Source: Marsupella aquatica
Taxonomy: Eukaryota > Plantae > Marchantiophyta
NCBI GenBank assembly: GCA_973895155.1
Contig: OZ316894.1
Span: 6,782,234-6,846,233 of the forward strand
Length of the DNA stretch: 64,000 bases
Reading direction: 5' to 3'
The notes under the pieces are model-generated. The model was given only the letters and a program-made list of their open reading frames with translations. It was not told the origin of the DNA and ran no database searches. The position numbers and the translations under genes were made by a program. This document shows, piece after piece, positions 38,501 to 49,948 of this stretch. Within the stretch, counting starts at the first letter, position 1, and each line of letters begins with the position of its first letter.

Positions 38501-41500
38501 GTCATGATCCTAAATATTTTGTACCTGACATCTCAGATGATATAAGGGATTACTTAGCAAATGAGATTTTGGAGAAAATACAAGACCCAAAACATGATCC
38601 ACTTGAGGTGAGTGTACCTAAGAAATTGATTTCTGAAAAGAGATCTCATTATGACATAGTTCAAGATGTCACGAATCATCTTGCCAATATTACAATAGGA
38701 GAATTGTTGCAAGATAATTCTATCTACCGAAAACAACTGAGAAGTTTACTAGTGGGAAGGAGAAGACCTGTCAAGTTACCTACTACTAAGATTTTGAGAA
38801 TGGAGTGGAAAGACCAAGAACCACCTACAATCTACCTTCTAGTAGAAGGTTGTGTAGTCAAAAGGTACCAATGGATGGAGGTTCAAATGTCAACCTTATG
38901 ACCAAGACGGTAGCTTTTGACCTTGGGTTTACAACATTTGAGCATACCCCTAAAATTTTGAGAATGACAAACCAATCACGAGTTATTCCAATCGGAAAAC
39001 ACAGTAAGGTGCCAACTAATATAATAGGACTTAATTTTTATCTTCATTATGTTGTGATAGATCATGAAATCCCATCAAGTTTTCCAATTCTATTAGGCAG
39101 GCCATGGCTCTATAAGGCCAAGGTGGAAGTTAATTGGGAACAACAAGAATCATGGTCTGTTAAAATGAATTGGGGACCGGAACCTTACCTCGGAGAAACA
39201 TCTACTGAAGAGGGGTACACTTCTGACTATTCCGACTCTGGGCTAATAACCGCATTTCACAAATTCCAAGACTACTCAAGTGTGCATTACATAGAAATCT
39301 ATGAAAAAGGTGAGTTATCGCAAGAAAATGAACATTCAAAATTCTGACTTGTGAAATTGATGACCACCAACAAGAGTGAAACTTCAAGGTTGCCACCGAC
39401 AGAGGAAGACATTAGGGAATCACAAGGAGTTGAAATGACTGAAGGTATGGTAGATCCGCAGCAAGCACAAAAGATTGAGATTGAACCTGGAAAGTTTATC
39501 AATATTGGTAAGCATATCCAATGTGAGTTAAAAGAAAAGTAGATTGATTTGTTGAAACAATACAAAGATGTATTTGCATGGAATCATCAGGACCTTAAAG
39601 GCATACATCCATGGCTTGCGGAACATCGAATTGACCATAATGAAGGTGCAATACCAATTTGGCAAAGGCAATACCGTTTTAACCCAAAATATTTTTTAAT
39701 GGTGAAGAGAAAAATAAACAAGTTGTTGGAGACAGGATTCATTTATCCTGTGCTTAGCAGTGAATGGGTGTCTCATATAGTAATTTGCCTAAGAAGGCTA
39801 GCCCCGATGGAAAACTTAAAATCAGAGTTTGTCAATATTTTAGAAAGCTTAATGTCGCAACTCAAAAGTATCATTATCCTTTACCATTTATTGATTTAGT
39901 ACTTGACATAATTTCACAACATGAGTTCTATAGTTTTCTTGATGGTTATTCAAGATACAATAAAGTTCCCATACGGAATGAAGACCGTGATAAGACCACC
40001 TTCACTACCGATTGGGGAACTTTTGCCTTCAATGTTATGCCTTTTGGATTATGCAACGCCCTAGGAACATTTTAGCAAATCATGATGATGATCTTTCAAG
40101 AATATTTGAGACATTTTCTTAAGATTTTTATAGATGATTTCTGTGTCTATAGCTCCATGACACAACATCTTGATTGCTTAGAAAAGACTTTTGAGAAATG
40201 TAGAGAAACACAACTCTTCCTACACCCAAAAAAATGTTATATAGGGATGAGAGAAAGAATTCTTGTGGGTCATTTTATATCTCAGAGAGGTATTGAAGTG
40301 GGCAAAGATAAAGTTAAGGTTACTGTGGAATTTACTACCACCCAAGGACTTAAAAGAACTTTGAGCCTTCTTAGGCCATATTGGATATTATAGACGATTT
40401 ATTCATAAGTATGCTGACATTGCAATGCCCTTTGTCGGATGCCAAATTAGGTAGTAGTTTTTAACTAAAGTTAAAAATGGACTAACTATAGTTAGAAATA
40501 ACCCCAGTTAGAAGTAGACGTAAGGTTAAAGTAAGTAAACTGATGCACAATGGGTCAAGGAGATTAAGTAGGGATAGTTAGGAAGGTCTTAGTTAAAGTC
40601 TAGTTGAATTAGGATAGGTTAGGAAATCTCAAGAAGTAAAAGTAGAAAGTGACAAATGGTCTACCCTGTAGAATTATAGAAAAGTCTCCAAATAGAGTTA
40701 GACCTGGAAATCCAGTAAGTAGATAGTCTTAGGTTCAAGGGTCACACTGGCAAAATTTCAGACAAAACGAAGGGCAGGGCACAATGCTGGAGATTTATGA
40801 AACTGGAGCTTTGTTATAAGTACACTTAAGACGGGATACCATAGAAGTAGGGGCGAGTTTTGAGTACAAAGCAAGTAGTGCTACGGGAGTTTCTCTAGGA
40901 GCCAGGTGTCATCATGGGAGTCCTTCTCATAAGGATACAAAATGCAGGGACAATCTACGTAGAAGCCAAGGAAGGAGCAGCAACAATCAGGCAGAAATTC
41001 AAGGGTGTAATTAAGGGAAACGAACATCCTTCTATAAGGACAATGTGAATTGACTCGGGAGAAGCGAAGGAACCACAGAAATTGCTTGAAGGTAAGGCAT
41101 GAATTGAATTGAGCTACCGGGAGAAACTCTGTGGTGTTGGAAGGAACTCTTGGGATAAGAAAATCTCATCCCCCGGGCAATCTAGTGGTGGCAAAAGATT
41201 CAATTTCGTGCCGCTGCAATTGAAGCTTGGTTGCTAATGGGGAAATTGTTGGTAATTGCCTGAAGCTTTGTATTGTTGGAGTCCGCTGCTGGGGAACTCG
41301 CTGCTGAAGAGAGTGATGTTGTGCTGCCATTGAACTCATTATGATTGCTGCGCTGTTGAGAAGTCCTGGTCCTACTTCACTAAAGCTTGATGCTGCTGAA
41401 GGAAATTTGATCCTGCTACTCGCTGCTACTTGAACTTGAAGCTGTTGTCCTGGACATGCTACTGTGGACTGGAAGCAACCTTACTGCTGGCTCGAAGCTA

Positions 41501-41519
41501 TTGGAAGATTGAATGCTGC

Positions 41520-42289
41520 TGTGACACGGGTAATGTGTCACTTAACCAAACGCAGGTCCTAGATTAGGACTTATACGGTCATTAGGACCGTAACCGTAGC
41601 GTAGAATAGCACGAGTAGCCGTCTTTGCCATTATGAATAGATTAGGAGTAGGTTAGTTGATCGAATGATTACAAATTAAGAGAGGATTATTACGCTCGAC
41701 TGAGGTACGGTGGATATGGCGAAGTAAAAATCCGTTAGGGGAATCACGCTTGGACCAAGATGCCGACCTCAGCTCATTATCAACGACCAAAACGGCTTTG
41801 CCCTCTCACGCTGGAGCTCATCCTGGCACCTCCCTAAGAGTAGAGTCGATGGAGCTGCAAGTCATTTGCTCATTTCCACCTTTCAAAATTTGCGGACGCT
41901 GCCATTCTCTCGCCTTTTTGGCTCGAATCAAGCTGACCTTTACGAGGAGATCATCGAGGGATAAGGGCAGATTGTGGCAAGATTTAGTCAGGGCGAGTAA
42001 GGCCTCCACCAGTAAGCGAACCGGTCGGGCGGGAACGCGGGCTCGACGAACCAGACTACAAAGGTTAGTATGACCCTTACAGCCTTGGGATTTTGGACCT
42101 TGTTTGGCGAGGTAGGTGCTAAGTTCTCCAAGACTTACTGGTACTCTTGTCCCGAGAAAGCCGCTTACGAAAGAAGATACGCAAAGTTGGTGGCCAAGGT
42201 AGCACAAGTTAACTGCGAGAAGACAGCCATCACCAGGGATTCCAGCTACAACGAGCTACGAGACTACATCACCGAGCTATATCTCACCG
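41520..42289 (+). repeat. Remnant (first 770 bp) of the 5' LTR of element C
   Basis: Roughly 94-95% identical by eye to 46118-46887. Similarity stops at TCACCGA, where the sequence jumps to the gag/protease linker (SPKYRQQLKEMLIGKRR, homologous to element A NSIYRKQLRSLLVGRRR). Confidence 0.9.
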
Positions 42290-45200
42290 AAATATCGGCA
42301 ACAACTCAAGGAGATGCTGATAGGGAAGAGAAGGTGACGGCTTCCTCGGGTAAGCACCTTAGCCGATTGTATGATGATTTACCAGGACTTGGGAGCGCCT
42401 GAGGTCTCTATCGAGATAGCGGGTTGTACTGTTCGGTTTGTACCGGTAGATGGTGGTCCAGAGTAAATATCATGACGAAGGACACTTTCGTGAGGTTGCG
42501 ATATACATCTTATCAACCTACGGCCCGTGCCATTCGGTTAGCAAACGGCGCCCAAATCATGCCATTGGGGATGTTGACCAAGATATCCACGTGGATTGGA
42601 GGCCTCAAGTTTTTTCTAAATTAGCTGGTGATGCGACCAGTCCGACCCTCGTCTTATCCAGTACTGTTGGGCAGACCCTGGTTATACGGTGCCCGAGTCG
42701 TTACTGACTGGGGAAGGAAGGAGTTACGATTCGGTAACCCGACTACTATGGTGTCATGGAAGGAAGAGGACTATCAGGGTATCAGGGAAAAACACCCCAG
42801 GGATCGGAGGAATATGACTCGGAGGAGGAAATCTCAGAAGAAGAGGTAAATATTTTGGAGTTAATCTCTCAGCTTGACGAAGAGGAAGTCTTTGGGGTAA
42901 ATGCCACCCGAGAGGCCCATATTCTGAACCAGCCCAGACCAACAACCCCAATCAAAATGCCAAGGACGTCAGCAAGTGATGATGCAGCGGTGGGTGAAGA
43001 ACCCCCCGTAATGGTGAGCCCTACGATGGTCGTTGGCCAGGGCACCTTACCACATATACTTGAGGGGAGCGCTACCAAGGCCGCCACTCCTCTCACAAGA
43101 AAGACAGTAACATGGAGCCCCGATGTGCCATCCATAGTGGAGGAACCCAAGGAGCTCCCCAAGGTGCAACCGACAGTCTGGGAACCTGTGACCTACGATG
43201 GCACCAGACTCAAGGAATTGGAGGACCATCTCCACCGGGCCACCAGAGACCATGTGGATGTAATCCGCAAAGAACACTATAGCAAGTACACCACAAGGGG
43301 GGAGAGGACATTCAACGTTGGTTATGGCCTACGAGCCCCGGAGGAGAACTCTATCCAAGAACTCCTATCAGAATATGAGGACGTCTTTGCATGGAGTCAT
43401 CGAGACTTAACCAGAATTTCACCGGCCTACGGCGAACACGTCATTGATCTAAACTTGGGTGCTCATGCCGTCCGAGAGAGACAACGAAGACTAAATCCAA
43501 GACATTCCATCTTGGTAAAGGAGGAGTTAGATCAACTGATCGTGGCGGACATCATCTACCCTGTCTTATCTAGCGAATGGGTATCCCCCATTGTGGTGGT
43601 TCCTAAGAAGGTAGGGCCCGATGGTAAACCCAAGATTCGAATATGCCAAGACTATCGGAAGCTCAACGACGCTACTCGGAAAGACCATGACCCGCTTCCC
43701 TACACGGATATGGTCCTTGACATGGTAGCCCGAAATGAGGTATACACCTTCCTGGATGGATATTCGGGTTATAACCAAATTTGGATCAGACTATCGGACC
43801 AACTCAAAACTACGTTCATCACAGAGTGGGGAACCTACGCATTCAGACGGATGCCCTTTGGCTTATGCAATGCCCCGGCTATGTTCCAGCGAATCATTAT
43901 GAATATTTTCATGATTTCTTACGAGAATTTTTGGAGGTCTTCATAGATGATTTTGCCATCTTTGAAACAATCGCTCAGCACCCAGAACACCTAAGGCGGA
44001 CTTTTGAGCGATGTCGAGAAGTAGGGTTGAAGTTACACCCGGGTAAATGCTTCTTTGGGGTAACGAAAGGAGTGCTGCTCGAACACCGAGTATCCAAACG
44101 AGGAATCGAGGTGGACCACAAAAAGGTGGCCGCTTGGATGAATGTCCCTTACCCAACGGACCAAAAGGCAGTGCGATCCTTTTTAGGCTGCGTAGGATAC
44201 TACCGATGATTCATTCAAAATTTTGCCAACATAGCCCTACCCCTCACAGAAATGATGAAGCAAGAAGCAGTCGTAGAAATGACTCCCCGCAGAAGGGCAG
44301 CCTTTGATGAACTAAAAAACCGGCTAACTGTGGCTCCGATCTTGACTACCCCTGATTGGAACAAGGAGTTCCATGTGTATGTCGACGTATCTGGGTTTTG
44401 CATCGGGTTAGCCCTGAGCCAACTGGACGACAAAAAACACGACCACCCCATATACTATGCAAGCCGACAACTGTTTGCAGTGGAGAAAAACTATTCGCCC
44501 ACTAATCGGGAAGCCTTGGGGATCATCTACTCGTGTAAGAAGTTTCGCCATTATCTATTGGGATATAAGGTGGTGTTCCATACTGATCATGACAGCCTGA
44601 AGTACATAGTAAACAAAGCGGACTTGACGGGGAGAATAGCCCGTTGGGTCCTACTGCTCCAAGAATTTGACTACAAAGTCAGAGTACGACCTGGAAAGAC
44701 TCACGTGAATGCAGACTTCTTCTCAAGGATTGAAGGGGAATCGGACAACGCACCTGTCGATGATGCGTTCCCTGATGAAGAATTATTCCGCGTGGAAACG
44801 GACCAACCGACTTGGTACGGGGACCTAATCACCTTCCTCTTAACGGCCCGCATTCCCAGTAACATCAACCAGGAGGCCACGTCAATCTTCCTGCGCAAGG
44901 CCGCACCGTACATGATGATACGCGGACATCTGCATAAGGAGAGCGTCGATGGGAAGATCCGCAGATGCCTAGATTATAACGAGACGATCATTGTCATGCG
45001 AGCTATGCACGAGGAGGAGGTAGGGGGGCACTTCGCCCCAATCACCACGGCTCACAAGATCTTGAATGTAGGTTACTGGTGGCCTACGCTTCATCACGAC
45101 GTAGCCCATTTTATCCGAGGTTGCGACTTGTGCCAACGCGCGGGCAAACCCCGCAGATCAAGTAATCACCCTCTTACCTCGATCTTTCCCCTTGCCCCGC

Positions 45201-46078
45201 TTGAGAAATGGGGCATTGATTATATTGGACCATTCACCCCTGTAACCCGAGGTCGGCGTTGCCGGTACATCCTTCTCGCTATCGACTATTCAACTAAATG
45301 GGTGGAGGCCCAGGCAACGGTCAAGGATAACGCGGCCACCACCGCCAGGTTCTTGTTCGAACAGGACTTCACCCGTTTCGGACCTCCCTTGGAGTTAGTC
45401 AGCGACCGCGGGACTCACTTTTTGAAGGAAATGGTCAAAAAACTGACTAACCGTTACGTTGTCAAGCACAGGAAGACTATCCCTTACCATCCCAAATGTA
45501 ACGGACTAGTAGAGCGGGCTAATGGCATCATAGAAAAAATCCTCAATAAAACCGTGGCCGCCCACAAAACGGACTGGGACGACAAGCTTTTTGCGATGGT
45601 CTATTCTTACAACTTGGCATTCAAGACTACTACAAACCATAGTCCATATTTCTTGGTATTTGGACAACATGCGCTCGTACCCGTCAAGTTCAAGGTCGAG
45701 ACTCCTCGGGTAAGCATCCCCCATAGGTTACCGGAGGATGCTAGTTTGTCCGATCGAGCATATAAGATCGACAGTCTAAAAGAAAAGAGACTCTGGGCAT
45801 CGCGACGCGTGGCTGCCAAGCAGAAAGCAACGAAGAAACAGCACGACAAGGGACTGCGCCAGGTGAACATCGCTACGAGAGATCTCGTCCTTCTGTACGA
45901 CAGTAGGTACATGTACTTTCCAGAAAAGTTACACACACGCTAGCTGGGACCTTTCATTGTCCAATTGATGTACCCGAACGGATCCTTGCAACTATCAACG
46001 TACGCCGGCGACCCCTTTCCCAATTGAGTTAGTTACGATCGTGTGAAGAGGTACTTTCACCAGAATGACGAGCGTAAT
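42290..46078 (+). pseudogene. Element C pol (protease, RT, RNase H, integrase) with several stops and frameshifts
   Basis: VDGG..VNIM, VLLGRPWL, WVSPIVVVPKK, FLDGYSGYNQI, FIDDF, YVDVS, NREALG, HTDH, GGHF..CDLCQ, WGIDYIGP, VSDRGTHF, NGLVER. No chromodomain seen after integrase. Confidence 0.93.
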
Positions 46079-46117
46079 GATGTTCGCGAGGACGCTTCAC
46101 ACTTGAGTGGGGAGCTA

Positions 46118-49100
46118 TGTGACACGAGTAATGTGTCACTTAACCGAATGCCGGTCCTAGATTAGGACTTATACGGTCATTAGGACCGTAATCGTAGTGT
46201 AGAATAGCACGAGTAGTTGTCTTTGCCATTATGAATAGATTAGGAGTAGGTTAGTTGACCAAATGATTACGAATTAAGAGAAGATTATTACGCTCGACCG
46301 AGGTACGATGGATGCGGCGGAATAAAAATCCGTTTGGGGAATCACGCTTGGACCAAGACGCCGACCTCAGCTCATTATCAACGACCAAAACGGCTTTGCC
46401 CTCTCATGCTTGAGCTCACCCTGGCACCTCCCTAAGAGCAGAGTTGATGGAGCTGCAAGCCATTTGCTCATTTCCACCTTTTAGAATTTGCGGACGCTGC
46501 CATTCTCTCGCCTTTTTGGCTCGAATCAAGCTGACCTTTACGAGGAGATCATCGAGGGATAAGGGCGGATTGTGGCAAGATTTAGTCAGGGCGAGTAAGG
46601 CCTCCACCAGTAAGAGGATAGGCCGGGTGGGTAAGCGGGCTCGACAAACCAGACTACAAAGGTTAGTATGACCCTTACAGCCTTGGGATTTTGGACCTTG
46701 TTTGGCAAGGTAGGTGCTAAGTTCTCCGAGACTTACTGGTACTCTTGTCCCGAGAAAGCCGCTTACAAAAGAAGATACGCAAAGTTGGTGGCCAAGGTAG
46801 CACAGGTTAACTGCGAGAAGATGCCATCACCAGGGATTCCAGCTACAACGAGCTATGAGACTACATCACCGAGCTATATCTCACCGAGGAAGGGCTTAGA
46901 TTGGTAGCAGAGGCAATTCTTGAAGTCCCCGCGAAGTTCTTTAGGCTGAAGGGCAACCAACGGCTTACTCAAGCGGAGTTTGACAAGATCCCAGGGTACC
47001 TCCACCAGCAGATCACAGCCGAAAAGTGCCAAGAAGATATCAGCAGACAACGGGAAGCAGCGCGTAATCTTACGTTCCTCGGGGAAAGCTCCAATGCCTT
47101 CACCCGAGATATGGCTACCCCAACACCACCAGCCCCTCAGCCAATGACCACTGGCGTACCTCCAAACCGGTCCCAAGTCCGTCCCGTGAACAACACCGAG
47201 TGTTCCTCGGACTCCGAGTGTGTTAGTCCGCAGCTTGAGCAGCGTTCTTGGAAGTGGGCAAGGATGACGCCGGCCCCCAAAGCAACAATGCGAACCAATG
47301 CCGCCCCTGCACCTGCCCCGGCAAACCCCCCAACCAACCAGACCCGACGGCCCACGGATAACCCGAAGTCCAACTTATTATAGGTAATCCGCGTCCCGGA
47401 AATAGTCTGGATTGCAATCAAGAAACTCGACCACGCGGACTATCTCAAGGAGCATCAGTTGGAGCAGTTCGCTCACTTGCTATGGAGACCGTGCGCAGCC
47501 GGGCCAAAGGAGATTTATGAGTTCATCTCCAATTTTGACACTGACGCATCAACCACCAAGGTTTTAGGGCAGACCTTATCACTCACAGAGCATCGGTTAG
47601 CATAGATTTTATGTCTGCCCATCGGGCCGGTGTCAGTTGAACTCCGAATTTGGTATAAGGAGTATACGCCGCGGCACTTCAAACCCGAGGGTAAGACAGA
47701 CAACGGATACAAGCAGGGGTCATGCACCAATTTAATCTGTATGGAACGGCTTAATTTCATACGGACTACCCATCACATGATTGAGCCACGATCCGAGATC
47801 TCCCTCTGTACGATCGTACGATAAACAATACAAACGACAAAACTGGGCCCAATTCTTTTACCGTAGGTTTTCGGGGGAGCTTAAGCAGGCTCAGGGAGGT
47901 ATGGCTATCGGGGGGAAGACTTACTTGGGAAGTCATATAGCCATCATCCTCGCCTGGTACAAAGCGCGGCAGGAGGCCAGGGGAAAGAACATGGCCACCT
48001 CAGCCCCGACTAATGTCACCCCCGCTACGGAGGAGGCTACCCTGAGCAAGCGGACTACCGTGCCTCGGGCAAACCCCAAGCCGGAGACCCCGACAAATAC
48101 TCCATCACCCCCTCCTGTTGAAATTCTGCCGCCCCCTTCCATGGAGCCTCCGCTACCTGCAGTACAACCACCCCAATCCCTCCACCACCTGCAAAAACCT
48201 TCCCCTCCCCAGTACAGACTACGGAGGAGCTTACCGCCCCGCCCGAGGAACCACCGGTGTCCGAGAGGATGGAGGACTACCAAGTAGCCCCGGGGACCAT
48301 GGCCTACGACCTGGTCCAGAAGTTTAGTCAGACTTTGTCAGGGGAGCTGGCGACGTACATCGGACAACAAGTCTCGGCGTACTTTCAACCAACCTTCTTC
48401 ATGTTAGAGCACCAACCACGGATCGTAAGCCGCTTGGAGGAAGAACTCATGGCGAAGGGGAATGAGATCGGGCGCCTCCAAATGCTGGTAGAACACCTCG
48501 AGGAGGAGGCCACTACCCGCCGTGAGGAATTAGTCCGCACCGTCGAACAGCGGGACGGACTAACCCAGGAGTTGAGCGGGGCACAAGTGGATCTCAAGAA
48601 GCTGGACGACACCGTGCTTCAGTTGCACTCAGAATCCTTGGCTTGGGTTACCAGTCTGACCGACCTCAACAACCAATTCCTACAAGCAGCTCTACAGGTG
48701 GCTAGTCTCTCCGCCGAACGGGATAAATTGCTAACGCAGGACCAGACCTATCGTGACTCCATCGACCAGCTCAACCTGGAGGTAGCACGGCTCCAGACAG
48801 AGGCCGATGAAGCTACAAACAAGGCGGAGAAGGTAGTGCGGGACAACAAGGCCTTGCAAGACCGCGTTACCCTGCTCGCCGTCTAGCGGGGAAGACCAGG
48901 GCCCACCCCTGATCAAGGCGGCTTGAGGTCTCGCCCCAACAGGGGGACAAACCCTGGTCCAACCACAGCACGCACGTAAGGGGTGGTTAGCAAAGGGTGT
49001 GAGCAGGCACCGCGCGGGGCAGTGGAGTCAGCGGCATCTTTTTGATTAGGCTTAACAACAGAATAACTGTCATTAGGCGCCGATTAGCGGTGCAGTAGGA

Positions 49101-49948
49101 AGAATTAAGATAGGATCAGCCGACGTGGGTCCATCAATGGACTAGATTTGGTTAGTAGATTAGCTGCTGCCACCCCGGTCAGTGCCCTTGCCGCCGACAG
49201 TCAATCGGTCAGCGGAATATAGCCGGTTAGTCAGAAGTTAGTTAGCCAGTAGGCATTACCCCGGGAGGTAGTATCTTCCGGTTCCTTTCCGCAAATGTAG
49301 TATTTAGGCTTCCCCTTCCGCTGTGGGAGGGGGAGAAGGCTTAGTTATTTCAGCATACAAAAAGGCAAGGCACAGGGAGTCCCGGCCTGAGCAGGGTCAG
49401 AGTGCACTAAGGAGTGAGAGCCAGAGTCGAGCTTGCTGGGCAAGTGCGGGACGGGGCCTCGTAGAGACTGGGCATCGACTGCCTTAGGCCTGCTGACCCC
49501 CTTAACAAGTCGAGTCAATATGTAAACTGATTCTTTGCTGAGTAAATTTAGTCTTTTCCCTCTAATGTTTCCGCGAGTAACTGGTGTTGTGTGTATGCTT
49601 TGTTTGGGCAAAGGCGCCATTTCAAGGGACGTACCGGGTGCGGACTAATGGTAGGGATTGCCACCCATTGCATGTCACAAGGTTCTGTCGCGTCGATGGC
49701 TTGAAAGCCCCAAGCCGGGAGTTAGTCCGAGTCACTAACTGTGGGAATATTCTAGCAGTGGAAAACAAATATACCTATGACTAGTGCGAGTTGCGTAAGT
49801 GTTATACAAGTAAGTATATTACCTTAGCCCAACTTAGGGCTAATCGTGGCCACTACACACCTCCTTGCCCGAACCCTCACCCCTATTGGTGGTCAACGTC
49901 ACCCCATGGAACTAAACTGGATTTAAGGCCCGGGTTAGGGGCGCGATA
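46118..49948 (+). repeat. 3' LTR of element C (3831 bp)
   Basis: Begins TGTGACAC directly after the PPT, identical to the element's 5' end, and ends at the TSD. Confidence 0.75.
46668..48886 (+). pseudogene. Accessory ORF (~740 codons when repaired) within the LTR: N-terminal helical part, Pro-rich linker, plant-transposon-protein-like domain, Pro-rich linker, C-terminal coiled coil
   Basis: Consecutive ORF-track fragments 46668, 46901, 47630, 47781 and 48257 join through 2 TAG stops and about 3 frameshifts. The 5' copy (42070-42289) shows the unshifted N-terminus. Motifs EFISNFD..TKVLGQTLSLTEHRLA.ILCLP.G and NWAQFFYRRFSGEL; heptad-rich last ~160 aa. Confidence 0.75.

Larger units (their letters stand above)
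41520..49948 (+). mobile_element. Ty3/gypsy element C, internally deleted (most of 5' LTR, PBS and gag lost), with a ~3.8-kb 3' LTR
   Basis: Perfect TSD GCTGC (41515-41519 and 49949-49953). 41520-42289 repeats 46118-46887. PPT GAGTGGGGAG precedes 46118. The end GGGGCGCGATA looks like a mutated ...GACA. Domain order PR-RT-RH-INT. Confidence 0.88.
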
